This document shows positions 27,451 to 36,407 of a stretch of 59,836 nucleotides of DNA, piece after piece. The notes beneath the pieces are model-generated. The model was not told the origin of the DNA, ran no database searches, and saw only the letters and a program-made list of their open reading frames with translations. Numbering within the stretch: the stretch's first letter is position 1; the number at the start of each line of letters is the position of its first letter. The translations under genes and the position numbers were made by a program. The stretch is from IMG/VR virus record IMGVR_UViG_3300026184_000061, positions 1-59,836 of that record; one strand, written 5' to 3'. Source of the DNA: a virus (lineage: Duplodnaviria > Caudoviricetes).

Positions 27451-28462
27451 TCAGATTCTCCTTCGCTTTCAAGCGGCGTTCAAGCCACTGTACCATCGCT
27501 ATCGTCCAATCGACGTAGTGCGGCATGTGATGCTTTATGATTTCCAGTGCAGAACGAGTGTCGCCGCTCTTATGTCTGAACCACGCTTCGTGGGCGGGTA
27601 ATGCGACCACCCGGAAAAACGGTTCCTTGAAATGACTGGGATCCCAGATACCTGCTTCTGAGTCTATGAAGAACTGTTGTAGTTCGTCATCCCAGCATTT
27701 TGGATTCACTATCAGCGGTATAGGATTTGCACCGAGCTTTTCATATACACTCGTATCCGCGCTAGAAGGACGTATATCTTTCAAAGCGGCCCACAACGGA
27801 TTGTCTACGTAGACATGCAACGAATCTGAGATTTGCCGGTACTCCCCCACTTCCACGCCTACCATCGCTGCGATGTATTCTTGCAGCATGGAAAACTGGA
27901 CTATGTTGGCGCCGTAAGCACCCCAGATGAGATCATTGCTACGACAACAGACAGTCATGTGCAGTCTGCGCTCGCGGATCTTGAAGAAGATCATGTCATT
28001 GCAGGGTATGTCCTTACTTTCTACGTTTAGATCAAGAGTAGGTTTCCATATCGTCAGCACAGCCCGACGAGTGCTGTGTTCCCTGTGCAGCAAATCAATG
28101 ATTTCTTCTATCTGATCTATGTTGTGTGCGGAGCGTAGACGGTAGCCGTAGGGTGCATGGAAGATAAGGCCGTCGTCACTGTACGCCTTCATCTGCTGAT
28201 TGAACTGTGCCAGCCACTTGACATCAGCGCGACCACGCAAAATCCACAAAGATTCCATCAGGTGGAAAAAAGGGTTGGCGTTACGTGCGGCATTGAACAG
28301 AACGCGCTGCTTAGGAAGCTCGTACACCGTACACACCGGCTCACTGAATTCCAGCGTTTTCTGGCCATCTCTTGGGGCTATGGTTCGCGCCGTGTCTTCT
28401 TGCAGCATTTGGATGGCCTTTGGCAACGCTTCGTTGACATCATGCGCTCGGATTACAATCAC
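27443..28462 (-). CDS. dUMP hydroxymethylase (thymidylate synthase family)
   Basis: NPFFHLMESLW, YGYRLR, TRRAV, DIPCN and RSNDLIWGAYGAN..QFS. The Asn specificity residue and GxxGAN spacing match hmdU phages as I recall them. Confidence 0.85.
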   Translation of the reverse strand: MIVIRAHDVNEALPKAIQMLQEDTARTIAPRDGQKTLEFSEPVCTVYELPKQRVLFNAARNANPFFHLMESLWILRGRADVKWLAQFNQQMKAYSDDGLIFHAPYGYRLRSAHNIDQIEEIIDLLHREHSTRRAVLTIWKPTLDLNVESKDIPCNDMIFFKIRERRLHMTVCCRSNDLIWGAYGANIVQFSMLQEYIAAMVGVEVGEYRQISDSLHVYVDNPLWAALKDIRPSSADTSVYEKLGANPIPLIVNPKCWDDELQQFFIDSEAGIWDPSHFKEPFFRVVALPAHEAWFRHKSGDTRSALEIIKHHMPHYVDWTIAMVQWLERRLKAKENLNA

Positions 28463-29395
28463 CTAAATTCTCCTTTCTAATTGCTTATACAGCTTTTTCA
28501 CGCGCTTCTTCAATTGACTGCGAAAATCTTTTGCAAACCGTTCGTATTGAATCTCAGCGATGAGTTTGGATTTGGGCAGGAATTTTTCTACATCCTTAGG
28601 TCCCGCCACTATAAAATCCTTTACATCAAAGCCTGCTCGCATCAGCGTCGGCGCTGCTTCTTCGTCTATGAACTGAGCCACCTTGGCGGCCAAGCATTCA
28701 TAGAATCTGTTAGCGGGGGAGCAGTAGTAGCGATGGCTGTACTCATCCTCCATGTAGACAGTAGCGCGGTAATGTTGTAAATCTTGCAACAAGTTTCGCA
28801 TCGGACCGAGCGCGTTTATCTTTTTGTCCAGCCCCAAAAATTTTTTCTTGGCTTGCGCTGAAGAAGACGTGGTTACTTCGTACGACGTACTGGCTAGGTA
28901 TTTTTCCAAGTCCGCTTTGCGACCTTCCCGAAATGCTCCGTAGTAGAATAACCCCGGCTCTCGGTACCTATGCTGGACGAAGGTTTTGAATCGTTCAAAG
29001 GGCAGCGCATTCCAATTGACATAGGCGCTTTCCGGCGTACGAAGCTTGTGTTCCACAGTCCCCCACACGATAGGGGGCCGCAAGACTCCTCGGTCATCCA
29101 TCCAACCTTTCTTGCGCATTACCTTACCCACTTGCGATGGAGGCGCAATCGTGTAGTCGTTCTGGATGAATACGAAAGTCTTAGCTTTGCGTACCATCTC
29201 AGCCATTTCTTCACGCCAGTTGCAGAAGGCAGGCGGTCCGTTCACCATAAGAATGACGTCGTTCTTTTCGGCCTTGCCTGTACTCCTGTCCTTGATATCC
29301 AACCCCAAGGTTTCGGCCAGGAACTTAGCAATATTGATACTTGCCAACGTGCTGTTTCCATCTACCTTCGTGGGGTGAGTTATAATAGCCTTCAC
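28463..29395 (-). CDS. T4 DNA beta-glucosyltransferase-like GT-B glycosyltransferase
   Basis: YYGAFREGRK, NRFYECLAAKVAQFIDEE, ILMVNG and FIQND align by eye with T4 BGT YGGSFRSGQR, LRVWETMASDAVMLIDEE, LIVVNS and YLFTD (from memory). Confidence 0.8.
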   Translation of the reverse strand: MKAIITHPTKVDGNSTLASINIAKFLAETLGLDIKDRSTGKAEKNDVILMVNGPPAFCNWREEMAEMVRKAKTFVFIQNDYTIAPPSQVGKVMRKKGWMDDRGVLRPPIVWGTVEHKLRTPESAYVNWNALPFERFKTFVQHRYREPGLFYYGAFREGRKADLEKYLASTSYEVTTSSSAQAKKKFLGLDKKINALGPMRNLLQDLQHYRATVYMEDEYSHRYYCSPANRFYECLAAKVAQFIDEEAAPTLMRAGFDVKDFIVAGPKDVEKFLPKSKLIAEIQYERFAKDFRSQLKKRVKKLYKQLERRI

Positions 29396-29396
29396 G

Positions 29397-30179
29397 TTAT
29401 TCCTCCAGCTTCAATTGTCTGGTCAGCTTACGTAGATTCTTCGCCAGGGTGGAGTCTAGTTTGTCCGCTTCATACCACGTCATCGGCGTGGATTTACGAA
29501 ACCCCGTACCGCGATTGGCCGCAGGAAGTACCGGCATGTCTACCTTCTCCAGCCCGGCTTTGCGAAGCATCCCCAGCCACTTCTTTTCCATGTCTTTCAG
29601 ACGAATAGTTTCGTCACAATTATCGCGGCAGTTCTTCATCATTTCATAAGTGACTTGAAGACATCGCAGATCTTTCGGGCGTACATAGGGGTCGTCCAGC
29701 AACCCTACTTCTGACATCCATTCATAAGTGGTCAAAGGAAAAATTTTCGCCATACTGCGAGCCACTTCCAGCGGATGACGAACAAGGTTTACGATGTACT
29801 GTGCATCGAAGTCCCCTGCGCGTTCACCTACGTGAACTGTACGTTGGTCCTTCACCCACGAATGATACGGATACCAATGGTGATCGCACTGGAAATACAG
29901 AGAAACAGTGCCGTCCTTGCCGACGTATTCGTGCCCTATGTCGAATCCAGCCGCTTGCAACGTGCGGGCAAGCCACGTTGTTCCGCATCGGCCAGTACCT
30001 ATGACAGCCAGCGGAATACGGATAGAACCGCGAAGCTTGTCTACTCCCCATCGCTCCACCTTTGTACCGCTCTTGTTAGCTGCTTCCGTATTCTCGTAAC
30101 GCCATACTTTACGACCGCTATGATGGGGGGAGAGGATTTCCGGCTTTATTTGAACTCTTCTAAGGTCAGTCATGATCAC
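29397..30179 (-). CDS. PAPS-dependent sulfotransferase
   Basis: 5'-PSB loop VIGTGRCGTTWL, GHE, and 3'-PB motif LVRHPLEVARS. Confidence 0.8.
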   Translation of the reverse strand: MIMTDLRRVQIKPEILSPHHSGRKVWRYENTEAANKSGTKVERWGVDKLRGSIRIPLAVIGTGRCGTTWLARTLQAAGFDIGHEYVGKDGTVSLYFQCDHHWYPYHSWVKDQRTVHVGERAGDFDAQYIVNLVRHPLEVARSMAKIFPLTTYEWMSEVGLLDDPYVRPKDLRCLQVTYEMMKNCRDNCDETIRLKDMEKKWLGMLRKAGLEKVDMPVLPAANRGTGFRKSTPMTWYEADKLDSTLAKNLRKLTRQLKLEE

Positions 30180-31021
30180 TTCGCTCCTGGATACTTGCTT
30201 CGCGGACGACCTTCGTTATTCTTGGTACGCATGTACTTGTCGAACTCGCACAGGCAATTCTGCAGATTCTGCGCATCCAAGAAGGGCATCTTCTTTTCAG
30301 CGATGAAATCCTGAACCAGAGTGTGCAGTGCCATCAATCTATCACGCCACGCATCTTCTAACCAGGGACTCTCTGGAGGTAGCCCGATAACCCGATTCAA
30401 TCCGCGCCGACTGCCCGGTCCGCTTGCAGCCCAATACTTCCAGTCTTTAGCTTTCTTAAGGACACCGACATGCTTTGTGTCGGCGATGACCTGCGCCGCG
30501 ATGAAGCTGCCCATGCCGTCATACTGCATCAATCGTTCGTGGAAATCGTTTAGAGTATCTCCTTTCTGAGGGCGCAACCTATTCCTGTCTCGCCACAAAG
30601 GCGTCAAAACATGGGTGGCAAGATATTCTGCCTTGTCCATAGCATTCCCATTGGTAGATACGATGTACGCACCGCTGAAAACTTTTTCACGACGCTTCTT
30701 ACGATCGTGCATCACTTTGATAAACTTCTTCGGATTCCACGGTACGGGGTAGCCTATTTCTTCCAGCGTGTCAGGCCAATTGACCAGACGGGCCACGGCC
30801 ATTGCGAACCAGACGTCAGGATCCTTAGCATTCGGCTTCAGCCAATGTTTGTGAATCCACTGCGTAACTGTGTCGTCTTCACGGTAGACGTTACAGAAGC
30901 GATAAGACTGCAAGATCGTGTCTTGCGTCCAAGGTTTAGCACTTCCACAACGACGACGCAGTAGAATACTATACCGTTCTTCTATCCAGTACAGAAGCTT
31001 TTGAAACATGTCTTTCTTCAT
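30176..31021 (-). CDS. 5-hmdU DNA kinase family protein (aGPT-Pplase1)
   Basis: PWTQDTILQSYRFCNVYREDD, FSGAYIV, GMGSFIAAQVIAD, GPGSRRGL and QNCLCEFDKY. Confidence 0.88.
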   Translation of the reverse strand: MKKDMFQKLLYWIEERYSILLRRRCGSAKPWTQDTILQSYRFCNVYREDDTVTQWIHKHWLKPNAKDPDVWFAMAVARLVNWPDTLEEIGYPVPWNPKKFIKVMHDRKKRREKVFSGAYIVSTNGNAMDKAEYLATHVLTPLWRDRNRLRPQKGDTLNDFHERLMQYDGMGSFIAAQVIADTKHVGVLKKAKDWKYWAASGPGSRRGLNRVIGLPPESPWLEDAWRDRLMALHTLVQDFIAEKKMPFLDAQNLQNCLCEFDKYMRTKNNEGRPRSKYPGAK

Positions 31022-32052
31022 TTTTGTACCTTCACAAATGTTTGGTTGATGAGACGCCAGACAACGCTTTTAGCAATTCCACGAGACTTCGCTTCCATGA
31101 TCAGTTCTTCAACGGTGATTCCTTTCTTTTTCTTTGCTACAACACCGCACAAAGTTTCCAAAGGAGTGCCGGGCTTCGCCTCCTTTTCACCCGGCATCAT
31201 TACTATCTCATCTCCTGTCAGTACGCTCCAATCCACCTTTCCGAGTGGTGCAACCTGACCCATCTTCCGACCGGGCTTTGATTTGGCAGACACAAGCTTT
31301 TTCTTCTTTTCTTCAGCAGTGCGGCGCGGTTTCTTACCCTTGTTAGCGCGACGAGCTTGGGCGGCACGCTGCCTTTCTTCCTTGGCGGCTTCTCGTTTAG
31401 CCAGTCTGTCGGCCTTCTTTTTCTCTCGCTCAGCCTGCTTGGCTTCGCGACGCGCTTCCTTGCGTTCAGCACCCGAAAGATGGGTATACGATACCGTCGG
31501 ATTGGCCGTGCGCGGTTCCGTGTAGGTTTTATTTGGGTCTTCATTATTTCTAAACTCCAAATGAGGTTCTAGTTTAGCGTAGTCAGATATTCCGCAATGG
31601 CCAATGCGAATATCTTCCCACACTCCCAGCAGGGCAAACACAACATTCTTCGTTCTGTCGTACAGCACACTGAGCAGTTCGTCTTCCTTTGCTTTCACAC
31701 CTAAGTCTTCTAGAAGTGCGACATGTTGGCTGGGAATCAACCCCCCGATACGAGCTTTTAATTGATTTACCCAATTCCAATCTCCGGCCGGATCTGTACG
31801 GTCGTAAAGAGGAACCGACATGTGCTGTCGTAAAACGTACACTGCTTCTTCAACGCTACGAACGTCGGCCTCTGCTGCCGGGTTTTTTCTTGCCAGCGAC
31901 TTTTTTCTTGCTGGAGACTTTTTTCTTACCGGCGACTTTTTTCTTACCGGCGACTTTTTTCTTACCGGTGACTTTTTTGCGGCCGCCCTTTTTCTGGACG
32001 ACTGCACTTTCGCTTTCGTCTTCTGTGAACTTACTTGTTTTCGCGCGGCCAT
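31018..32052 (-). CDS. Basic protein with histone H1-like KKSPVR repeats
   Basis: GAGG RBS before ATG 32052; first gene of the modification block; about 200-nt overlap with the helicase 3' end. Confidence 0.7.
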   Translation of the reverse strand: MAARKQVSSQKTKAKVQSSRKRAAAKKSPVRKKSPVRKKSPVRKKSPARKKSLARKNPAAEADVRSVEEAVYVLRQHMSVPLYDRTDPAGDWNWVNQLKARIGGLIPSQHVALLEDLGVKAKEDELLSVLYDRTKNVVFALLGVWEDIRIGHCGISDYAKLEPHLEFRNNEDPNKTYTEPRTANPTVSYTHLSGAERKEARREAKQAEREKKKADRLAKREAAKEERQRAAQARRANKGKKPRRTAEEKKKKLVSAKSKPGRKMGQVAPLGKVDWSVLTGDEIVMMPGEKEAKPGTPLETLCGVVAKKKKGITVEELIMEAKSRGIAKSVVWRLINQTFVKVQK

Positions 32053-33595
32053 TAGGGGCACCTCTTCTAAACGAAATATTGTACCTCTGTTCCATTGCTT
32101 CTAGGAACGCTTTTTGTTGATCATCTTTTGCTTCACGCACCTTGATAACAACTTCATCAATAGTGCCTAGCGCCGTAGGGTGGTGGACACGAATCCTGGG
32201 AACTTTGACGCCTTGACGCCATACCCTCTGCAAGAACTGTTCATAATCTTCTAGGTTATAAGTTTCCGTAAAGATATAGATGTTCGAGCAGGTCCCCTCT
32301 TGCAGATTGAGCCCATGCGCGATGGAAGCTGGATTACCTGCTAAGTAGGGGAGTTCTCCGCGATTCCATTGGTCGCAGATCTTATCTGCTTCCTTATCGC
32401 TAACCCCACCACCGATGTACGGCATGTCTGGAAATATCTTGCGGATACGTTCAATTTCATGCGTATATTCGTAAGCGATAAGTAAAGGCTCACCTTGAAG
32501 TTCTTCAATGATTTCTTCCAGATCCGCCAACTTTTCTTCGTGGATTTCTAGCACCTTATGATGCTTGTCGTAAATAGCACCGCCTGTGAACTGACGTAAC
32601 TTACCTGTAGCGACAGCCGCGTTACTGGCTACGATAACCCCTTTTTCCACCTCCAAAATAAACTCTTCTTCTAGCTCCTTGTACTTTTTCATCGTTTCCT
32701 CGGAGAACTCCAAGGCTCGCGGTACATGCACAAGGGGAGGCAGATCCAACTCTTCGTTACCATAGCGAACTACGATGTCGCCAATAGCATCGTAAATCTG
32801 TTCCTCTGCGCCAGGCAAAATTTTGAAGTCATAGCCCATATACCCTGATGGGTAGAAGTAGCGGTTGCGGTACTGCGTGATGTACGCACCTAGTCTCTGA
32901 CCGCCGTCCATCATGTAGACCTGCCCAAAAATGTCCATTAGATTCTTAGGCACCGGCGAGCCCGTTAGAAGATTGATATACTTCACTGGATGCTTTTTAT
33001 CATGCACCATCTTACGGAGCATTTTGAATCGCTTAGTCTTTGTGTTTTTAATTTTACTGGATTCGTCAAACACAATCATGTCGAAGAATTCGCCCATAGC
33101 TATGCGATGCTTCTTCAACGTGCGTTGCAGCCATTCCAACCCTTCGTAGTTAATTAAGAAGACGTCGGCATTAGATTCTAGCAAACGACCTTCTTTGTGG
33201 GGTCCGTGCAGGATAGTCGTGACCCACGGCAGCATCCATTTATCAGCTTCCTTGGGCCATACGTTATATACGATACGTCGCTTCGCTACGACCAGCATGC
33301 GACGGACATGCCCGAGCTTACGGCGTAATCCGTAGATGCTGTAAGTAATCATGGTCTTTCCAAGACCAGGAGCTAAGAAAAAAGCTGCGGACGGCCGCGA
33401 AACGCCGAACCGAATAGCTTCTTCCTGATACTTGTGCGGTACGAATCGCTGAGCCTTTTTAGGAGTGTGTTCGCCTTCCAAGACTCGGTCACTGCGTTTT
33501 ACGTGCGCTGCTTTTTTCTTTGCGACGCGCTTTTTTCTTGAAGCGTTCGTAGATTTCGAGCGCTTCTTCGTAGGTGTCGACCGTCCAAACGCCAT
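31856..33595 (-). CDS. SNF2-family helicase
   Basis: PHKYQ, APGLGKT, INYEGL, FDESS, LTGSP, HGLNLQ and QRVWRQG. Confidence 0.92.
   Translation of the reverse strand: MAFGRSTPTKKRSKSTNASRKKRVAKKKAAHVKRSDRVLEGEHTPKKAQRFVPHKYQEEAIRFGVSRPSAAFFLAPGLGKTMITYSIYGLRRKLGHVRRMLVVAKRRIVYNVWPKEADKWMLPWVTTILHGPHKEGRLLESNADVFLINYEGLEWLQRTLKKHRIAMGEFFDMIVFDESSKIKNTKTKRFKMLRKMVHDKKHPVKYINLLTGSPVPKNLMDIFGQVYMMDGGQRLGAYITQYRNRYFYPSGYMGYDFKILPGAEEQIYDAIGDIVVRYGNEELDLPPLVHVPRALEFSEETMKKYKELEEEFILEVEKGVIVASNAAVATGKLRQFTGGAIYDKHHKVLEIHEEKLADLEEIIEELQGEPLLIAYEYTHEIERIRKIFPDMPYIGGGVSDKEADKICDQWNRGELPYLAGNPASIAHGLNLQEGTCSNIYIFTETYNLEDYEQFLQRVWRQGVKVPRIRVHHPTALGTIDEVVIKVREAKDDQQKAFLEAMEQRYNISFRRGAPNGRAKTSKFTEDESESAVVQKKGGRKKVTGKKKVAGKKKVAGKKKVSSKKKVAGKKKPGSRGRRS
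31880..31978. repeat. 18-bp tandem repeat (about 5.5 copies) read in two frames
   Basis: GACTTTTTTCTTACCGGC units; encode KKSPVR in one gene and KKKVAG in the overlapping helicase. Confidence 0.85.
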
Positions 33596-33815
33596 AGCCT
33601 AGTCCTCGTAAAATTTTGTGAATGTACTTTTGCAGCTTACGAGCTTCTTCGCCTTCACGCTTGAATTCTAGAAAGAAGAAGTGCGGAAACGTAAGCAACA
33701 CCAGTCTGTCAGGCCAACCTCGCCGCCCGTGAAGATTGAGCTTGAGCGCCACGTAGTCATCTTCTTCTACGCGCTTAGCAAACTTGTTCTCCGCTTTATT
33801 TTCTAAATCCTTCAT
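33489..33815 (-). CDS. VRR-NUC nuclease
   Basis: GWPDRL...FLEFKR...LQKY...G. Confidence 0.85.
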   Translation of the reverse strand: MKDLENKAENKFAKRVEEDDYVALKLNLHGRRGWPDRLVLLTFPHFFFLEFKREGEEARKLQKYIHKILRGLGYGVWTVDTYEEALEIYERFKKKARRKEKSSARKTQ

Positions 33816-33890
33816 GTCCAGTTCTTACTCTAAGCTGACCACAGCCTTACGCAGTTCGAGTTCTTCGGGATCTGTTGGGTGGGTCATGAG

Positions 33891-34235
33891 TTAGTCCTCG
33901 TCGATTTTTGAGAAGTCTTCCGAGGGGCAAAACCAATCATCCTTGACGATGTGTCCAATCGCATGAACCATGGAGTACTCATGCTTTACGCGAACTGTTT
34001 TCCCAGGAAGTTGACTCCATTCGCTTACTCCTGCGACCTCCATCACTCGCCATATAAAATGACCGGCGATACTCTTTAGTTCGTGATGGCGATAGCTTTT
34101 TGGCAGGTAAAGCGCGTACCCGCCAAACCCCTGACCAGAGCCGCCGTAATCGAGGAAAACCCACGCGGATAGCACCCCATGGTCGTCGTTCGTTATTTTC
34201 ACGTCCTCGATTACTGCATTACGAATTTCCATCAC
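33891..34235 (-). CDS. Conserved phage hypothetical protein
   Basis: [22 protein letters not shown]...[10 protein letters not shown]. Confidence 0.7.
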   Translation of the reverse strand: MMEIRNAVIEDVKITNDDHGVLSAWVFLDYGGSGQGFGGYALYLPKSYRHHELKSIAGHFIWRVMEVAGVSEWSQLPGKTVRVKHEYSMVHAIGHIVKDDWFCPSEDFSKIDED

Positions 34236-34371
34236 CTCACTCCTCGTTTAGGGTGGCGATCCACTGTACGTCCGGGAACTCAACGTGCACATTGAGACAT
34301 CAGAGTTGTCACCAGCTTCACGCCATTGAATCTTTCAATCTATTCTCACAGATGTGGCGACGCTATAGCCT

Positions 34372-34752
34372 TCAGGACAGACTCTGCATTAAATCTTCCT
34401 GGGCAGCCACCCATCTCAGATGATCTTCGATTATCATACCAACCCGCGCCGCCAAGCTGATAGCTTCGCCCTTACCTTTTGGTATGAAGTGGTTAGTGCT
34501 CGGGCTCTGTATTTCCTTCAGGTCCTTCACCACGACAGTCGGATCTACACCCGCCGCCAGTTGTCGGGTCGTCTGTACAGCGATAGCCCGCATCATCTCA
34601 TAGTGTTCCGGGTGTCCGTAGTTGATGAAGATTTCGTGAAGCTTCCCCGCTTCATCGTGATTGAGTGTTATGTACATGTGAGGCTTCTCTGGCATCTCAG
34701 CCTTCCACGTCACCCCTTGCAGTATTTCTTCTCGTTTCGGTATGTGACTCAT
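34372..34752 (-). CDS. Stand-alone NrdJb-like (class II RNR C-terminal, TSCPD-type) domain
   Basis: MYITLN...EIFIN...VVKDLKEI.SP...SLAARVG.IIEDHL. Confidence 0.7.
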   Translation of the reverse strand: MSHIPKREEILQGVTWKAEMPEKPHMYITLNHDEAGKLHEIFINYGHPEHYEMMRAIAVQTTRQLAAGVDPTVVVKDLKEIQSPSTNHFIPKGKGEAISLAARVGMIIEDHLRWVAAQEDLMQSLS

Positions 34753-35039
34753 TGCTTCGCACCTGTGTGACAACCAAGAATTTCTGCCGCGTGCGCACAC
34801 ACTTCGCACAAAGTGACTGTCACCCACTGATGCTGATTGGGGTGGATGATGTTGCCGGTGCTCTTTCGCACCTTATACTTCAAACGATCTACAACCAGCA
34901 TGTCCTTACCCTCACCCCGTTCAAACCCTACGCGCTCCGCATTGGATTCGCAGCTTGCGTAGTAAAACTGACACTTGGGATTGTCGCAGACGCGGACGCG
35001 TGTTTGATGTAGTTCAGTATTTGCATTATTGGCCATCAC
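34749..35039 (-). CDS. Hypothetical Zn-finger protein
   Basis: CDNPKC ... CEVC. Confidence 0.6.
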   Translation of the reverse strand: MMANNANTELHQTRVRVCDNPKCQFYYASCESNAERVGFERGEGKDMLVVDRLKYKVRKSTGNIIHPNQHQWVTVTLCEVCAHAAEILGCHTGAKQ

Positions 35040-35326
35040 TTTTCTCCTTCAAGGCGATATTCTGACAAGACTGCTTGAATGTACAAACGGCCATCTTCAA
35101 AGTCTTGGGTGTAGCGGAAGAAAGGTTGGTCACAAGTTCCCTGCCAGTTAGAAGAATCCTCTAGCTCTTTCTTCATACGATCCCATTCCTCTTCGAATTC
35201 AGGTGGAGGAAAAATCTCTCCATAAAGACCGCGCTGCACCAATTGAAGCATTCCTTCCCATGTTCTTGTATAGGTTGAATCTACGCCATCGCCAGTAAAG
35301 GTGACTACAAAGGCATTTTCGTTCAT
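35036..35326 (-). CDS. Hypothetical protein
   Basis: Overlap-coupled ORF. Confidence 0.6.
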   Translation of the reverse strand: MNENAFVVTFTGDGVDSTYTRTWEGMLQLVQRGLYGEIFPPPEFEEEWDRMKKELEDSSNWQGTCDQPFFRYTQDFEDGRLYIQAVLSEYRLEGEK

Positions 35327-35925
35327 TTCCTACCTCGCTTCTTACCAGAACTGAAATGTGATCTTTGGTTAGTGGCTTTGAGCTGTGATTTACAATTTAC
35401 ATGCTTAGGAGGACCCGGTGGTTTATTATTCTTCGGCGCCGCCTTTTCTTCGTCATCAAGATCACGCCACCAATTTTTCTGCCAAAAAATATCAACGCCG
35501 TCTGGAGTTGTTACACGCTCTACGTCGAAGCCGCCCCCTTTTTCCGACGTTTTCTTGATTCGTTCATTCGCCTCTTCTAGTGCATGACGGATCCTTGTCT
35601 CAAACATACTGCGAAATGTATCGAGCTCAAAAGAAGGTTGTCTGGGCCTGGAATCCCAAGAAGATTTTCTTCCGACTTCTTGTTTCTCCAATTCTTCCGT
35701 CAGAATATTGATGAGAGTGAGCGCTGCGGTATGTTTGTCTTGACACTGAGGGCCTGATATAGACGCGTAAGCTCCATCGCACCTGCCCTCCAACCGTAGT
35801 CCGTCGAGTTCTGGTATATCCGCCGCGCTGGCATAGGCGTTCTCCGAAACGTTTTCCTTTAACTGCTGATCTAACCAAAGCAGTTCTTCAGCGGATATAG
35901 CCACAAGAAACGGTGTCATCTTCAA
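35323..35925 (-). CDS. Hypothetical protein
   Basis: AAGGAG RBS; 200 aa. Confidence 0.6.
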   Translation of the reverse strand: MKMTPFLVAISAEELLWLDQQLKENVSENAYASAADIPELDGLRLEGRCDGAYASISGPQCQDKHTAALTLINILTEELEKQEVGRKSSWDSRPRQPSFELDTFRSMFETRIRHALEEANERIKKTSEKGGGFDVERVTTPDGVDIFWQKNWWRDLDDEEKAAPKNNKPPGPPKHVNCKSQLKATNQRSHFSSGKKRGRK

Positions 35926-35940
35926 ACTCCTTAGGTATTA

Positions 35941-36132
35941 TTAGTCAGGAGGCAGCATGTTTCGCATAGAGCGTAAAAGCCCTTTCACTTCCATTAACTT
36001 GCTGATATCCCCTGTCTTCGTATTTTCTACGGACGCACGATGCACCGCGTTTATCAGTTCGTCGATATCCTTGCGAGTTGGGCTGTCAGCGTTGTATTGA
36101 TCTTTACGCAAAGTTAGTGTGATAGTTCTCAC
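35941..36132 (-). CDS. Hypothetical protein
   Basis: Overlap-coupled ORF. Confidence 0.5.
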   Translation of the reverse strand: MRTITLTLRKDQYNADSPTRKDIDELINAVHRASVENTKTGDISKLMEVKGLLRSMRNMLPPD

Positions 36133-36407
36133 GAGCTGATTCCGTCTAGGTTGTGTACTTCCTTCAACAGTTCTCGTATCTCTTCTATCAGACTTTCAGC
36201 CCGTATGAGCTGTATGTTCAGCCCGTGAAAAACGGGGCCGCAATAAGACCGAGACTTATGCTGCTTAGAAATACTAGAAAACACCGTTCGTTGAAGAATG
36301 TGAATGCGGTTATGAATCTGATTGCGTAATGTCAAAATCGCTTCCGACTTCCTCTCCTGAACGAGCTGTGCTTGACGTTGCTTCTCATCCACGATGATTA
36401 TCCTCAA
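36129..36407 (-). CDS. Hypothetical protein
   Basis: Overlap-coupled ORF. Confidence 0.5.
   Translation of the reverse strand: MRIIIVDEKQRQAQLVQERKSEAILTLRNQIHNRIHILQRTVFSSISKQHKSRSYCGPVFHGLNIQLIRAESLIEEIRELLKEVHNLDGISS

Noticed and set aside
27443-28462. T4-like glucosyl-hmC system or plain thyA
   Set aside because: Asn at the specificity site, hmdU-type GAYGAN spacing, a neighbouring hmdU kinase and dCTP deaminase all point to uracil chemistry
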